From: Octopus vulgaris
Taxonomy: Eukaryota
Direction: 5' to 3'
Assembly (NCBI GenBank): GCA_951406725.2
Contig: OX597823.1
Coordinates: 105,152,001 to 105,216,000, forward strand
Length of the DNA stretch: 64,000 nucleotides
Below, piece by piece: positions 11,622 to 24,909 of the stretch. How positions within the stretch are numbered: position 1 is the stretch's first letter; every line of letters begins with the position of its first letter. The notes under the pieces are model-generated. The model did no database searches and was not told the DNA's origin. It saw only the letters and a list, made by a program, of their open reading frames with translations. The position numbers and the translations under genes were made by a program.

Positions 11622-13325
11622 TAGCTCATTTAATGCCATCATTTATTAATGATATTAGGTAATGTCTTTTGATTAGTATTGATCTGAGTTAAAGGAGACT
11701 TCGTTCACGAGTACAGGTGTCTGAAACTGTGGTACAGATTCTTTTCGCTAGATTATAAGGTATATTAATTTCTATGCGTTTGGGATGGCATGAGTTGAAT
11801 AATAGTTATTGTTTAGAATCTGTAGGTTTATAGAAGATGTCTGTTTCATTGTGGTTATTGACTATTTTAATTAGGATGTCAAGAAAAGGGACTTGTTTAC
11901 TGCTATGCTCTATGATAAATTGTATGTTGCTATTAATATTGTTAAGCCTTATTTTGAAATTGAGGAGTTTGTCCATGCTATCTTTCCAAAGTATAAATCA
12001 ATCGTCCAAATACGTCTCCTAGTTCTCCTTTAAATAGCAATGAAATGAGATGCCATATTTTTGTTGTAATGATCGATATATTTCAAGCTCTAGGTAACCC
12101 ATTACAAGGTTCGCAATCACTGGAGCAGCTCGGGTTCCCATTGCAATTCTACATTTTTGTCAATAGTAAACTGTATCAAACATGAAATAGTTTTTCAGTA
12201 GAATGAATTTGAGTGCTTCGATTATGAATCTGTGGTTAATGCGTCCTGGGATCTCTTCTGGGTATTCTTCTAGCCAGAAGGTGATTGCTTCTATACCATT
12301 ATCGTGTGGGATATTGGTGCACAAATTCACCACATTGAATGATACTAACAGGGTTCCTTCTTTTATTGTCTTCGGGAGGTGGTTAAACATGTGTAAGTCA
12401 TCCCTGATGAAGCTTTTCACATATTTTAGAAACGGTTTGAATAAGATGTCAAGGAAGTTGCTCAAACAGTGGGTTTCACAAGCAGGGCCAGCAATGATGT
12501 GTCTCAATTTGAGGTCAGTAGGGGTTGGGGGAATGAATGGGAGGGACCACATATATAGGGTAGCAAAAATTAACAAGTTAAAAGTTTTTATTTTTCATTC
12601 CCTTCTAAAATTGCTCTTAAATGTAGTTTTGGTCGTTTTGACTGCTTCTTCTAGCATGTAAAAATTATCTGTTAAAGGTAATTTTCTCTTGTGTTTAAAT
12701 GTACACTATTTTATATTGAGTATATACATACATATATATACATATACATATATATGTATGTGTGTGTTTGTATATATATATATATGTGTGTATATATGTG
12801 TATGCACAGGCTTGGAGAAACTTTGCGAGCTTTACAAATGTGTAGATTTTGTGTATTTTAGGTAATCCATAGAATAGACAAGGTCTGTATTTAAAATTGG
12901 ATAATCTATTTCATGTTTAGTGAGGCCCTTTCCATGTATTTGAATGAAGGAGGATAAGTTTTTAAGTGTCTTCTTTGGGTTGTATTGTACTATCTTCTCA
13001 TAGTAAATATTATTTTCCAACATGAAAAGTATTAAATTTTTGTAGTGCTCTGTGTCCATCACCACTACAGCACTTCCTTTGTCAGCTTCTTTAATGGTGA
13101 GGTTTATATCATTTTTAACTCGATTAGGTCTTTTCATTCATTTACATTAAGGTTGGATTTAATTCGTTGTTTTTGTAGGGTATCAAAAGGAAAACTGGTA
13201 ATGTGTTCACAAAAAGCACCAAGTTCTTTATTTCTGCCTTTTGTAGAACAGTATTCCCTTTTATTTTTTACTATTGAGACATCTTTGCTGGTGTAGCTGT
13301 GAAGTGCTTCTGTGAGGTGTAATTT
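11620..13325 (-). pseudogene. Penelope-like element RT, disrupted
   Basis: TIKEADKGSAVVVMD (DKG motif), LRHIIAG, LVSFNVVNLCTNIP, AMGTRAAP, FLDILI...TDIFYKPTD...SCHP. Interrupted at ~12590-12810. Confidence 0.9.
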
Positions 13326-13736
13326 TCGTAATATATATATATATACATGCATATTCGTAAGACACATATATAGGGTAGCGAATATTCTTAGAAATTTCAC
13401 CACCAGTGGCCTAGCATATATAAAAAGTCAATAGACAACATATTCTCAATTCAAAATAGTGTACATTTAAACACAAGAGAAAACTACCTTTAACAGTGCA
13501 AAAAATAACAAGGTAAAAATTTTCTATTCTTCATTTCCTTCGAAAATTGCTCTTAAATGTGGTTTTGGTCGTTTTGACTGCTTCTTCTAGCATGTAAAAA
13601 TTACCTGTTAAAGGTAGTTTTCTCTTGTGTTTAAATGTACACTATTTTATATTGAGTATATACATACATATATATACATATACATATATATATGTATGTG
13701 AGTGTGTTTGTATATATATATATATATGTGTGTACA

Positions 13737-13740
<4 letters not shown>
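12590..13740. repeat. Duplicated ~200-bp terminal segment (12590-12810, 13520-13740) plus inverted partial copy (13443-13496)
   Basis: aaaattgctcttaaatgt...ttttgactgcttcttctagcatg...gtacactattttatattgag plus a TA-rich tail occurs twice; the reverse complement is at 13443. Confidence 0.9.
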
Positions 13741-13773
<33 letters not shown>

Positions 13774-13884
13774 AAAATGGTAAATAATTTTCCTGTGGTT
13801 TTTCATGTAACCAACAATTATTTACCGGTAAATTTCGGTATGTAAATACGACAAAATAATTGTCAAGACCTTTGTAAGGTTCAG

Positions 13885-14161
13885 TATATAGTAAAGAAAA
13901 ATAAGTTGGCTAGCAGCAAGCTGTTTCGCCTCATACCGAAGGAATTAGAAATGGCAGTCAAAGACCGTTTTTTCCATTTCTATAAGTGGAGGTTCCAACT
14001 GAATTCGTGTATTTGCCACTCCGGTTTTGTGTATGTGAGCCGCAAGGGCCTTCGTTTTTGGAACCTCCACTTATAGAAATGGAAAAACGGTCTTTGACTG
14101 CCATTTCTAATTCCTTCGGTATGAGGCGAAACAGCTTGCTGCTAGCCAACTTATTTTTCTT

Positions 14162-14170
<9 letters not shown>
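13885..14170. repeat. Inverted repeat, ~113-bp arms, 59-nt spacer, (TA)-flanked
   Basis: 13885-13998 versus 14058-14170 are near-perfect reverse complements. Confidence 0.95.
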
Positions 14171-14209
<39 letters not shown>

Positions 14210-14214
<5 letters not shown>

Positions 14215-14284
14215 TAGGTGAATGAATTATCCTATCTTTATCGTCAGCATGGAAAATTCGTTTAACCGAAACCTGGGTAGCAAA
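14210..14284 (+). ncRNA. 5'-truncated hammerhead candidate
   Basis: ataagta, long stem II ggtgaatgaatt/aattcgtttaacc, GAAA cctgggT A. The 5' strand of stem I is lost into the TA tract. Confidence 0.45.
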
Positions 14285-14360
14285 TTCACGTCAGAAAATA
14301 CGGTTGAAGCGACCTGTCAAGGGTAGACACTCCGGGTTCATGTGTAGAAATTTGTGTGTT

Positions 14361-14707
14361 GTATATGAATAAATGAAAGAATGGAGTCGAACGAAGATGT
14401 TAACAAAATTCCTTTACTCTCAACACATGTTTTGAAGACAGCGTGTTTTCCTTCTGAAGGAATAAAGGGTGCATTATGCAATCTTCTCATCAGGAAAGAA
14501 AAGGATCCTCTCTCAACAACAAGACAAACAAAAATTTCGATGATTGCCTACATGGTAACCAAAGCGATAATGAGTGATTTTTTTAAAAAATCCGTTATAA
14601 ACATTGACGTCAAAAATGAAAATATGCTGTCTTCGAAACATGTGTCGAGAGTAAAGGAATTTTGTTAACATCTTCGTTCGACTCCATTCTTTCATTTATT
14701 CATATAC
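14361..14707. repeat. Inverted repeat (82-bp arms) enclosing a decayed hammerhead (14508-14651)
   Basis: Arms 14361-14442 and 14626-14707. ctctc tcaacaa caagaca...tgtcttc GAAA catgtgT C gagag. Confidence 0.8.
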
Positions 14708-14714
14708 ATATATA

Positions 14715-15111
14715 CTAGCAGTTTCACCCGGCATTGCTCGGGTTTGTAAGGGAAATAACTATATAAGCATTTTTAGAGAGTTATAGCCAAAAAATAGCAA
14801 AAAAATGCATTAAAAATGGAAAAAAAATGATGGTAAATTTTTTTTAAATCGTTGACTCCTCGTAGACATTTTTAGAGAGTTACTTCCCTTATATAATAGC
14901 GAAAAAATGCATTAAAATGGAAAAAAATGATTGTAAATTATTTTAAAAATCGTAGACTCATCGCAGACGCGCGCTAATACACAGAAGGGCTCGATATGAA
15001 TCACGACTATAAGATACCCGGTTTTGGTTAAACTGCACCGCAAAATGTGGGAGTAGTTAGGAATCTAAATCGTAGGAGACAGACACACAACTTCACTTTT
15101 ATATATAAAGA
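14715..15111 (-). mobile_element. Non-autonomous Helitron
   Basis: 5' A|TCTTTATATATAAAAG, 3' hairpin cccgagcaatgccggg followed by CTAG|T. Confidence 0.8.
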
Positions 15112-15184
15112 TATATATATATATATATATATTTAAATATATATATATTGAATATATACATATATATGTGTATGTGTGTGTGTG

Positions 15185-15435
15185 AGGGCGCATGGCTAAG
15201 TAGTTAGGATGTTGCCCTCATGAACATGATTTCAACACATAGACTGGGTGGTGCGTTGCATTCTTGAGCAAGACCTTTCACATCCCATGCTGCTCTGTGA
15301 TCACTTCAGCACCTGATGCATGGCACACTATGCACCTGTTCAGACAACGACAATTTAATGGAGAGAGAATGAGCCAAAGAGTGGCACAAACATTTGATTA
15401 CTACAAACAAATCACTTGTACAAGTCGTTCAACAA
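15185..15435 (+). mobile_element. SINE family D
   Basis: tRNA-like head gggcgcatggctaagtagttagg and ttcttgagcaag core. A related copy lies on the minus strand at ~57930-58190. Confidence 0.6.
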
Positions 15436-15657
15436 AGGAAGTCCATCATATGTATACACACACAACTCACATGCACATGCACACACACATGCACACACAC
15501 ACACACACACACACATGTATATATATATACATATATATATATACATATATACATATATACATACACACATACACACACACACACACACATATATACATAC
15601 ATACACATATATACATATACATACATATATATATATACATATATATATACATATATG

Positions 15658-15692
<35 letters not shown>

Positions 15693-15713
15693 ATACATAT
15701 ACATATACATACA

Positions 15714-15771
<58 letters not shown>

Positions 15772-15864
15772 TATATACATATATATATATACATATATAC
15801 ATATATACATATATATATATACATATATACATATACATATACATACATACATATATATATATAT

Positions 15865-15930
<66 letters not shown>

Positions 15931-16239
15931 ACTGACCTCTTCCAAATAGATGTTGACCCCTGTTGGTCTCTTGAAATTCTCGTGATTATCTGAGATCAAA
16001 CTAAATCTAGTTGCTAAGAGAAACGCATCATTTGTAAAAGTGGAGGCGTGACATTGAAATATAGGTGTATAGATTTCTGATGTACTTTTCCTGTTACAGA
16101 TGAAAGACTTGCAAACAATAGAAGTGGAGTGGAATAGATTTTGTTTTGTTGTTGTTGTTCTTTTGTTGTTGTTGTTGTTAGACACAGTAGATTGATATAT
16201 TAGTGTTAAAAATTGGGAAGCTACTAATATGTATGTATA

Positions 16240-17299
16240 TACGAGGGAGAGTCATAAATTATATGCACTCTTGTATTTTCAATGTATTTACAGAAAAGCA
16301 GAGGATAAACAATTACGTTATTTTTCTATGCAGTCTCCTTCCTTTTTGATGCTCTTGGTCTGGTGGTGCACTGCTTCTTTTCCATCTTCATCTGTAGGAA
16401 ATTGACAACCTCATAAACCATCTTTGAGCAGACCAAAGATATAATAGTCAGAAGGGGCAAGATCTTGGTTGTAGGTAGGCTGTTCCAGCACCTCAAACCC
16501 AGCTGGCAGAAACATTAGCACGCCGGGCGAAATGCGTAGCCGTATTTCATCTGCCATTACGTTCTGAGTTTGAATTCCGCTGAGGTTGACTTTGCCTTTC
16601 ATCCATTCGGGGTCGATTAAATAAGTACCAGTTACACACTGGGGTCGATATAATCGACTTAATCCATTTGTCTGTCCTTGTTTGTCCCCTCTATGTTTAG
16701 TCCCTTGTGGGCAATAAAGAAATAAGAAACTGCAGAAGCCAGGCGAAATGCGTAGCCGTATTTCATCTGCCATTACGTTCTAAGTTCAAATTCCGCCGAG
16801 GTCAACTTTGCCTTTCATCCTTTCGGGGTCGATAAATAAAGTACCAGTTATGCACTGGGGTCGATGTAATTGACTTAATCCGTTTGTCTGTCCTTGTTTG
16901 TCCCCTCTGTGTTTAGCCCCTTGTGGGTAGTAAAGAAATAGGTTAATGGGTTCAACAATCTGGGAGTGCATTGTCATGCAACAACAAAACTTTCTTCAAC
17001 AATAGGCTTCGGTGTTTGGTCCAAATTGCTGGCTTCAGTTTGTCAGCCAGCACAGCACTGTATCTTGCACTGTTGATCATAAACCCCAGAGAAATCGGAT
17101 CACTGCTCTTTGTTCTTCTTTGGTGCACATTCCTAGTGGAGCGGCCATGCTTACATTGTAAAACCAGAAAGAAAAATGGTGCAATCAGGCTAAAACTTTG
17201 ATGATGTGACCACAATACTACCAACTATAAGAAGGCAGTGTGACAGTAATGAAGATATGTTATGGCGAAAGTGTGGATACTTTTTGACTTACCCTCGTA
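16240..17299 (-). mobile_element. Internally deleted mariner transposon, split by a SINE dimer
   Basis: TA-flanked TIRs cgaggg..agtca. Motifs LLLHDNA and PTYNQDLAPSDYYIFGLLK (YSPDLAPSD type). Confidence 0.85.
16501..16940 (+). mobile_element. SINE family A dimer with Tx1-type tail
   Basis: Two head-to-tail units ending ttgtcccctct.tgtttag.cccttgtggg..ataaagaaata. Confidence 0.9.
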
Positions 17300-17859
17300 C
17301 ATACAAACATACACATGCATGTCCCTATGTATCCTTATTGGAGCAACAGGAGACACAGACCAAACTGACTGGAGCAAAATATGGATGGATTTGGGGTTTT
17401 AGACAGTGAATGCAACTCCTTAATTCATGATATCTGGAACAATAAAATCTGCATGACCTTGTTAAGATTTAAAGGATAATGAACAAAACAAGACATTTTC
17501 TTTCACAACCTTGCTACTGAGCTGGTCAAACTTAACTCTAAACTAAAAGGAGAAAGCAAACTCACAAATATGCATGCATCCATCCATCCATCCATCCATC
17601 CATGCATCCATCCATCCATCCATCCATCCATCCATCCATCCATACATACATACATTACATACATACATTACATACAAACATGCATACATTACATACATAC
17701 ATTACATACATACATTAAATACATACATTACATACATATCCAAATTATAAATTCACATTGATACCAATGATAATTGGTGCACTTGGTTTTGCTTGTAAAT
17801 GCTTAAGTGACAATATGGGTAAGTTGGGGTTTTCAATCAGCAAACATACTCATCACAAA

Positions 17860-18262
17860 TCTCTTCTCTCTATATATAAAGCTGAAGTTGTCTGTGTATG
17901 GCAGGTTTGGTAGCCTTCAACGAAAACTATCTCCTCATAGACCCTGCAGTGCAAGTTGACCAAAATTGAGAGTATGATAGAAGAAGGCTTACTTTTCCTG
18001 CCGTAGAAGAAATAATTCAAATCGGACCATGTTAACATCAAAAATTATTTACATCAAAGAGGTGCTTTTTTTCTATGAAAATCCCTATTTTTTACAATTT
18101 TTTGACTGCTGTGTCGCCATTTTTTGGTGTATTTCAACCAGAAAAATGTTCACTTAAAGAGAATAGCAAGCTACATAATGCAAAAGTTTTACCTTTCAAA
18201 AATTCTAATTCTAAAGGGTCGAAAAGAAAAGAAGCCCGAGCAATGTTGGGCTATACTGCTAG
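17860..18262 (+). mobile_element. Non-autonomous Helitron
   Basis: 5' TC...tatatataaagctgaagttgtc, 3' gcccgagcaatgttgggc plus CTAG|T. Same family as 57262-57613. Confidence 0.8.
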
Positions 18263-18779
18263 TGTAATCTATAAGTAGAAGAGTAAAAATATTTGAGACA
18301 TTTCTCAAGTTCAAAATGTGACATCATTTTTGTTATCTATATGTATGTATATGTGTTCATGTGTACATAAGTGTATTTATGTATGGGTAATATCCCTGTG
18401 TCTGTATGTATAACTGTGTATGTAAGTGTACGTGTACATTGTGTTTATGTGTTTTTATCTGTGTGTATTTATGTGGGTGTATGTGTATAGATTAAAATCT
18501 AAATCTATCCCTCTTTATTCCACATGAAAGTTCCAAAATGCTTAAGTTCTGATAGATAAAACTATTTAAATTTTGAGAATCTATTTAGTCAGTATTAGTA
18601 GGCACAGTTCATGTGATCAATAAATTAACTGATCAATGGACCAACAAATTTATTAGATTATTTCTAAATTCTTTTTAAAAACTCTAAAGTAACACAAACT
18701 GTTCAAAAGATAGACTTCATGCCTTTACTGTACTATTTTCCCATTAAGAGTCCACTTTATTTACATTATTTATTCACTG

Positions 18780-19030
18780 CTGCTATAAGGGGCTCACAAT
18801 GGAAAAGTGCTCTCACATGTGGGATGGTACTGCTGCTGCTGCACATACAGATATCCAACATCATATACAGCATATGGCCTTCTGGTTGATTGATATATTT
18901 TCACTCACAGACACACACCAACCTTTGGTCCTTTGGTACAATATCTCTTCTCTCTGCCTCTGTTACTTCTTTACTTATTTAAACCCTTTGCTCCCTATGA
19001 AGCAGAGGTCAATTGTGACTTTTCTCCACT
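18780..19030 (+). pseudogene. Highly decayed CR1/Jockey-like LINE C-terminal fragment
   Basis: TMEKCSHMWDG, resembling the xMEYCSxxW motif downstream of the RT. Confidence 0.5.
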
Positions 19031-19099
19031 GTCCGTGATTCTGGATTTTGAGGCTTTCCTCTCTCGGGTCTTGTTGGTTTTGAATTCTCATCACTGATT

Positions 19100-19256
19100 C
19101 TGTGTACATTATTTACATTATATACATTCGCTGGATATTTGTCCTCATTTTGTTTGTTGTTAACACAACATTTTGGCTGATATACCCACCAGCCTTCTTC
19201 AGGTGTCTTGGAGAAATTTCGAACCTGGGTTCTCATTCCTAAGGTATTTTTCGATG

Positions 19257-19318
<62 letters not shown>

Positions 19319-19420
19319 GTTGTTGTTGTTGTTATTGTTCAGGTCACTGCTTGGAATCAAACTCAGAATCTTGGGGTTAGTAACCTGCACTTTTAACCTT
19401 ACACCATATGCCCACAGGCC
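19100..19420 (-). mobile_element. tRNA-headed SINE-like element with (AAT)n linker and hammerhead-bearing tail
   Basis: Head gggcatatggtgtaaggttaa...gagtttgattcc (A/B-box-like). Linker 19256-19335. Hammerhead 19162-19207: acac CTGAAGA a ggctg..cagcc aAAA tgT T gtgt. Confidence 0.65.
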
Positions 19421-20631
19421 AATGGCTATACAATCCAACCAAAATATCTCAGTTACACAAACATAAACAGAATTACTATTTAACCTTAAAATGCATCGTA
19501 CATATTCAAAGAACCTTAATGTACAAATTGAAATGCAAAAGAACGAAATAATAAATGGATTTATGAATGAAAGTTTGGTAATTGCATTTATTTCCACCAT
19601 GCAACACTTATTATTGCAAATAAGTTTTAACTAACTTAAACTATACACTCACACAAATACATTCATATATATATATATGTCTCGAGTTGTAGCTGTAATT
19701 CAAAGGGGCCAGCCTTGTCATATTCTGTGTGAGGCTGAATCTCCCTGCAAACTACATTAATGTTATGCCTGTCTGTGGAGTACTCAGCCATTTGTGAGTT
19801 AATTTTATCCTTGTATGGTAATGAAAAGTGAAATTGACATCCAATATTTGCTGTGTATGCATCTATGTATGATCTTTTCTTTGGATTTATGTATCTGCTG
19901 TCTGTTAGGGTGATAGCTTGGCCTTGCAATAAATACCTATGACCCTTTATACTCTGAATTTAGATCTCATGGAGATCAATTTTGTTTTGCATCCATTCAG
20001 GGTCAAAAATGGAAATTATCATTCAAATCCTGAGATCAATGTAATTGATCATTCCACCAAAAATTCTTTGTGCTTATTTAAGAAACTGTTATTTTTCTTT
20101 TATCATGACATTTTGTTTCAATTTTCATTTAAGGAGTTATGGGGTATTTGGTTGAAAGTGATAAAGAAGAAATACGAGCCACTTATTTCACTTCTCACAA
20201 ATAAATTGCATAAATGATGCAAAATGAAAACCACAAAAGTGGGAACAGTGAGAAAATCTGCTGAGTGAAGACAGAATTCTTCACTTTGAAAGAAGAACAA
20301 TAATCCTCAGAAGATTATGTGGATTAAGGAAAATACAGTAAAGAACCATAAATGGAAGAATAAAAAGAAACTGCAACAAACAAAATTCTGTATTTGTGGT
20401 TGTCATTACTACCATCATCATCTGCAGCAGCATCACAGCATTGCTGGCATCATCTTTGTTTTACATCTTCTTTACATGGTGACATTGGTAAGACAAATTG
20501 TCACAAGCGGAATCAATCATTATTTGAAATTACTAATCCCTTATTCTCTTGGATAGGTCAGAGGAGCATGCCCTGTTCAAATGTTCCATTTTCTCTCAAT
20601 TGGGTTCTACAGATGGATGCACTTCCTAACA

Positions 20632-21234
20632 AGAAGGTGGTGAGCTGGCAGAGTCGCTCGCATGCTGGACGAAATGCTTAGCAGTATTTCGTCTGACGCT
20701 ACATTCTGAGTTCAAATTCCGCCGAGGTCATCTTTGCCTTTCATCCTTTCAGGGTCAATTAAATAAGTACCAGTTACATACTGGGGTCGATATAATCGAC
20801 TTAATCTGTTTGTCTGTTCTTGTTTGTCCTCTCTGTGTTTAGCCCCTTGTGGGTAGTAAAGAAATAGGTATTTCATCTGCCGCTACGTTCTGAGTTCAAA
20901 TTCCTCCAAGGTCATCATTGCCTTTCATCCTTTCAGGGTTGATTAAATAAGTACCAGTTATGCACTGGGGTTGATATAATCGACTTAATCCGTTTGTCTG
21001 TCCTTGTTTGTCCTCTCTGTGTTTAGCCCCTTGTGGGTAGTAAAGAAATAGGTATTTCATCTGCCGCTACGTTCTGAGTTCAAATTCCTCCAAGGTCGTC
21101 ATTGCCTTTCATCCTTTCAGGGTCGATTAAATAAGTACCAGTTATGCACTGGGGTTGATATAATCGACTTAATCCGTTTGTCTGTCCTTGTTTGTCCTCT
21201 CTGTGTTTAGCCCCTTGTAGGTAGTAAAGAAATA
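20632..21234 (+). mobile_element. SINE family A trimer with Tx1-type tail and 17-bp TSD
   Basis: TSD ggatgcacttcctaaca at 20615-20631 and 21235-21251. Units 2 and 3 lack the A-box head. Confidence 0.92.
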
Positions 21235-21479
21235 GGATGCACTTCCTAACATGCTTCAATTTACAAAGTTGCAATGAGTGCCTTTAATAATAACTTAATT
21301 TTTGACCTTTTCCTGCTTTGTAAAATCTTACTTGATAATTCTTGAGGGAAAGGCACCGTCTTCACAAATTCTCCTAGACTGGTGACATTGATGGCATTAC
21401 TGTTCTTCTTGAGCATTTGTTGGTCAACATCTGCAGGAAAGATATGGCCAAAGGAGGGAATTCTAGCATGTTGAGGTTC

Positions 21480-22130
21480 TGGGATGGAAGAACAGGGTGC
21501 AGTGATTAGTGCAGGACCTGGTGAGGGGAGCTGGACACAAGAAGAGGGAAGAGGAGGGGGAGACAAGAGAAGGGTAATATCTGAGTGGATGAATAGCATG
21601 AATCCAGCCAGTTCCAGTGGTCAGCAGCCATTATAGTAACAATAGAAAAATCAGAAAGAAACCGCATTTCACCCGTGGACCAGAGACTGCAGGGTGTCTC
21701 TAACTGATTGCATGCCAATCAATCTGGTGGACCTTTCTGGATGCATTCTTGAATGTTTCTGAGCACCATGTCCACCACCACTACCACTGCTGCTACCACC
21801 ACTGCTGCTGCCACCTCCACCACCACCACCACCACCACCGCTGCTGCCGCCTCCGCCACCACCACCACCACCACCAATAATGTACCAGATGTGAGAGCAA
21901 CACTCCATTGTGGGCTTCACCTCGGCATTGTAGAGTTTTAATAATTGTTAGCGGTTGAAATATCTTGAAACAGAAAAGCCAGTTATTAGGATGCAGTCCC
22001 TATCTATACTAATGTGCTTTCACCAGAAGAGACCCTTTGTAATAGTGAGACCAAATAATTGGAGTGATTTTGAGGGTCATAGCTGAATGCTGTTCATGAT
22101 TAAGTGGAGTGTGGTTCACTATAACGTTTG
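21480..22130 (-). pseudogene. Decayed CR1/Jockey-like LINE 3' region interrupted by a (CAC/TGC)n tract
   Basis: KPTMECCSHIW motif; similar to 18780-19030. Confidence 0.55.
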
Positions 22131-22311
22131 CTGAGTATGAGTAGCATTTGTGTTTTCTTACATGCTCTGATGTGTCAGTGTTGCTCTGATGTGTCTAGCA
22201 TATATTATTTCATTCATGCTTAGAAATGTAACTATTCAGCAAATTTGTTCTTGCATATAATATGTATTTATATATATATATATATACGATGATGATGACG
22301 ATGACAATATA

Positions 22312-22468
<157 letters not shown>

Positions 22469-22484
22469 CATATATATACACACA

Positions 22485-22822
22485 CTGTGCTTGAGGAGAC
22501 CTATTGAGTCAAGTACATCAACATCAAAAAATCAAATGGACATTGTAGTTGTGATACCTGTGTCGGTGGCACGTAAAAAGCACCATCCGAACGTGGCCGA
22601 TGCCAGCGCAGCCTTGACTGGCTTTTTTGCCGGTGGCATGTAAAAAGCACCCACTACACTCACGGAGTGGTTGGTGTTAGGAAGGGCATCCAGCTGTAGA
22701 AAAACTGCCAGATCAGACTGGAGCCTGGTGCAGCCACCTGGCTTCCCAGACCCCGGTCGAACCGTCCAACCCATGCTAGCATGGAAAACGGACGTTAAAC
22801 GATGATGATGATGATGATGATG
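22485..22822 (+). mobile_element. Family C short retroelement with RTE-like ends and (GAT)n tail
   Basis: tggcacgtaaaaagcac repeats, ggaagggcatccagctgtagaa, ccaacccatgctagcatggaaaacggacgttaaacgatgatg. Several other copies in the window. Confidence 0.8.
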
Positions 22823-23559
22823 AACTAAAACAGTATTTTATAACAGTTTTTGTTGCTTCGACTTCATTCCAAAATTCTTTTCTAATTTAGCTTTAAGTTA
22901 CCCTTTTCACATTTATGTCTTCTACTCATTACTTCATTCCAAAAACATTGACTAATTTCCTTTCTTGTTTTCATTTAATTTCCTATTTTTTTCAGTATCA
23001 GCTACTAATATTGTCAGTGTTTTTAAACTATTAACCTCAAATGTGGAGAAGAGTTTTAATTTTTGGAATTTAATTTTCTTTCTTTAAATCCACAATACAT
23101 TTTGATTGGTTTTGATCTGTGACCAGCATCCTCAGATGTCTTATTCTTGAATGAGTATGTAGCATCAGGTTGCATTTGAATAGGAGTTCCATCCACAGGC
23201 ATCACTGGTGAGGTAGATAAGAATGTTTTCACTTTTAGTTTAGAAATTAAGGTTTCTAGTTCAAATCCAGGCTGGAACTACATAAACGTTCAGGAATTAA
23301 GACAGCTGTTTTCTTTTCTTATCATATCCACAGAATGATGGTGAAATGATTTGTAGAGATGTGATGATGTGAATACTCATTTCTTAATTCTTTCAATTAG
23401 TTGATACAGATAGAGAGGAAAAGAAAAGGGAGAGAGAGAGAGAGAGAGAGAGAAAGGAGAGGGAGATAGAGAGAGAGAAAGAGAAAGAAGGAGAGAGAGA
23501 GAGGGAGAGGGAGATGAAGAGTGAATGAGAGAGTGTGAGTGACTGAGAGAGAGAGAGAG

Positions 23560-23862
23560 AGAGATTGGTAACATATTTATCAACTTCACTGAGGGAAAAG
23601 GTAAAGTTGACCTGACCTGTATGGGATTTGAACTCAAGAGTGCAGAGAGCCAGAACAAATACTGCTTAGTGGCCTTTTGTCTGTCCTTACGTTCTGAGCT
23701 AAAATTCCACCTAGGTCGACTTTGCCTTTCATCCTTTCAGGGTTGATAAAATTAAATGCCAGTTCAATACTGGGGTCCAATACAGTCCAATATCGGGGTC
23801 GATGTGATCGACCGTCCCCTTCCTTCATATTCCAGGCCACGTGAAAGGATTATTATTATTAC
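23560..23862. mobile_element. Divergent pair of family A SINE remnants
   Basis: Minus-strand gagttcaaatcc core at ~23580-23660 and a plus-strand copy at 23660-23862. Confidence 0.65.
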
Positions 23863-24838
23863 TTAATAATTTCAATAGTTAATTATGTAAAGCAGAGTTG
23901 TCTCCCTTATTAATTTATCATTTTGACAGACAATTAGTCTGAGATGAGAGAAAGGCTACACAGTACGATGTAGTTATTAGTGGTGATGGTGATTTATTGT
24001 TAGTATTCAGTAGGGGGGTTTAAATTGTGTTCCGTTTCCAGGTTGGAGTGTCTACAAATATGAATTACACTTAACAGCTTGATATAAGTTCCTTTAAGCA
24101 TTAATTATATACATTAAGAAAATATTCTAAAGGGAGAAAAAAGACAAGAAAAACAAACAGAAGCACAATAGCTGGTAATTAGAATAAATAAATAAATAAA
24201 TAAATACACGGAGAAAAAAAAATTATTAACGAATGCAGTGAATAAAATAAAAAATTTCAGATAAACTGAAAAATAATTTTAAAATTATTTAAAAAGAAAA
24301 TCAAGGTGAAAAGGCAGAAAATGAAAAATTAAAATTACTAAAAAAAAATGTTTTAAACAAATAAAATTGAACTCTTAATAAAATAAAAGAAAAATTTGTT
24401 CTTAAGAACAAATAGAAAAAATATAAGATTAATGAATGAAAAAATAATTAATGGTAGAATATGTCGATGTTGTTGGTTCTTTGAGAATAAATCTTGAAGA
24501 TAATAAAATAGAAATAAAGAAATGAAAATGGTTAACGATAAATGTAAACTTTAATTACAGAAAATTAATGAGTTTCTATTTGTTTGTTTATTTATTAGCT
24601 TATTCTTTTCTTATATTCATTTTACCCACTTCAGTCATTAGAATGCAGCCGATGCTGGGGTATTGATTTGAAGGGTTTAGTCGAGCTGATCAAATTGACC
24701 CCTGTGCTTATTTTAAGTATTATTTTGCTGAACTGCGAATTTAGAGAGGGGATGTAAACAGACCAACACAAACAAGTGTAATGATACCCTTGCACACACA
24801 TACATATATAGACACACACACACACAAGCATATACACA

Positions 24839-24909
<71 letters not shown>

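Noticed and set aside
14440-14495. Minus-strand CTGATGA...GAAA hammerhead
   Set aside because: No stem I pairing and GAAA is out of register with stem II.
15264-16185. Long YI/HT/CV ORFs here and near 3.6, 10.6, 22.3, 34.8 and 49.5 kb
   Set aside because: Dinucleotide microsatellite artefacts.
19340-19420. Functional tRNA gene
   Set aside because: Only degenerate A/B boxes and no complete cloverleaf; treated as a SINE head.
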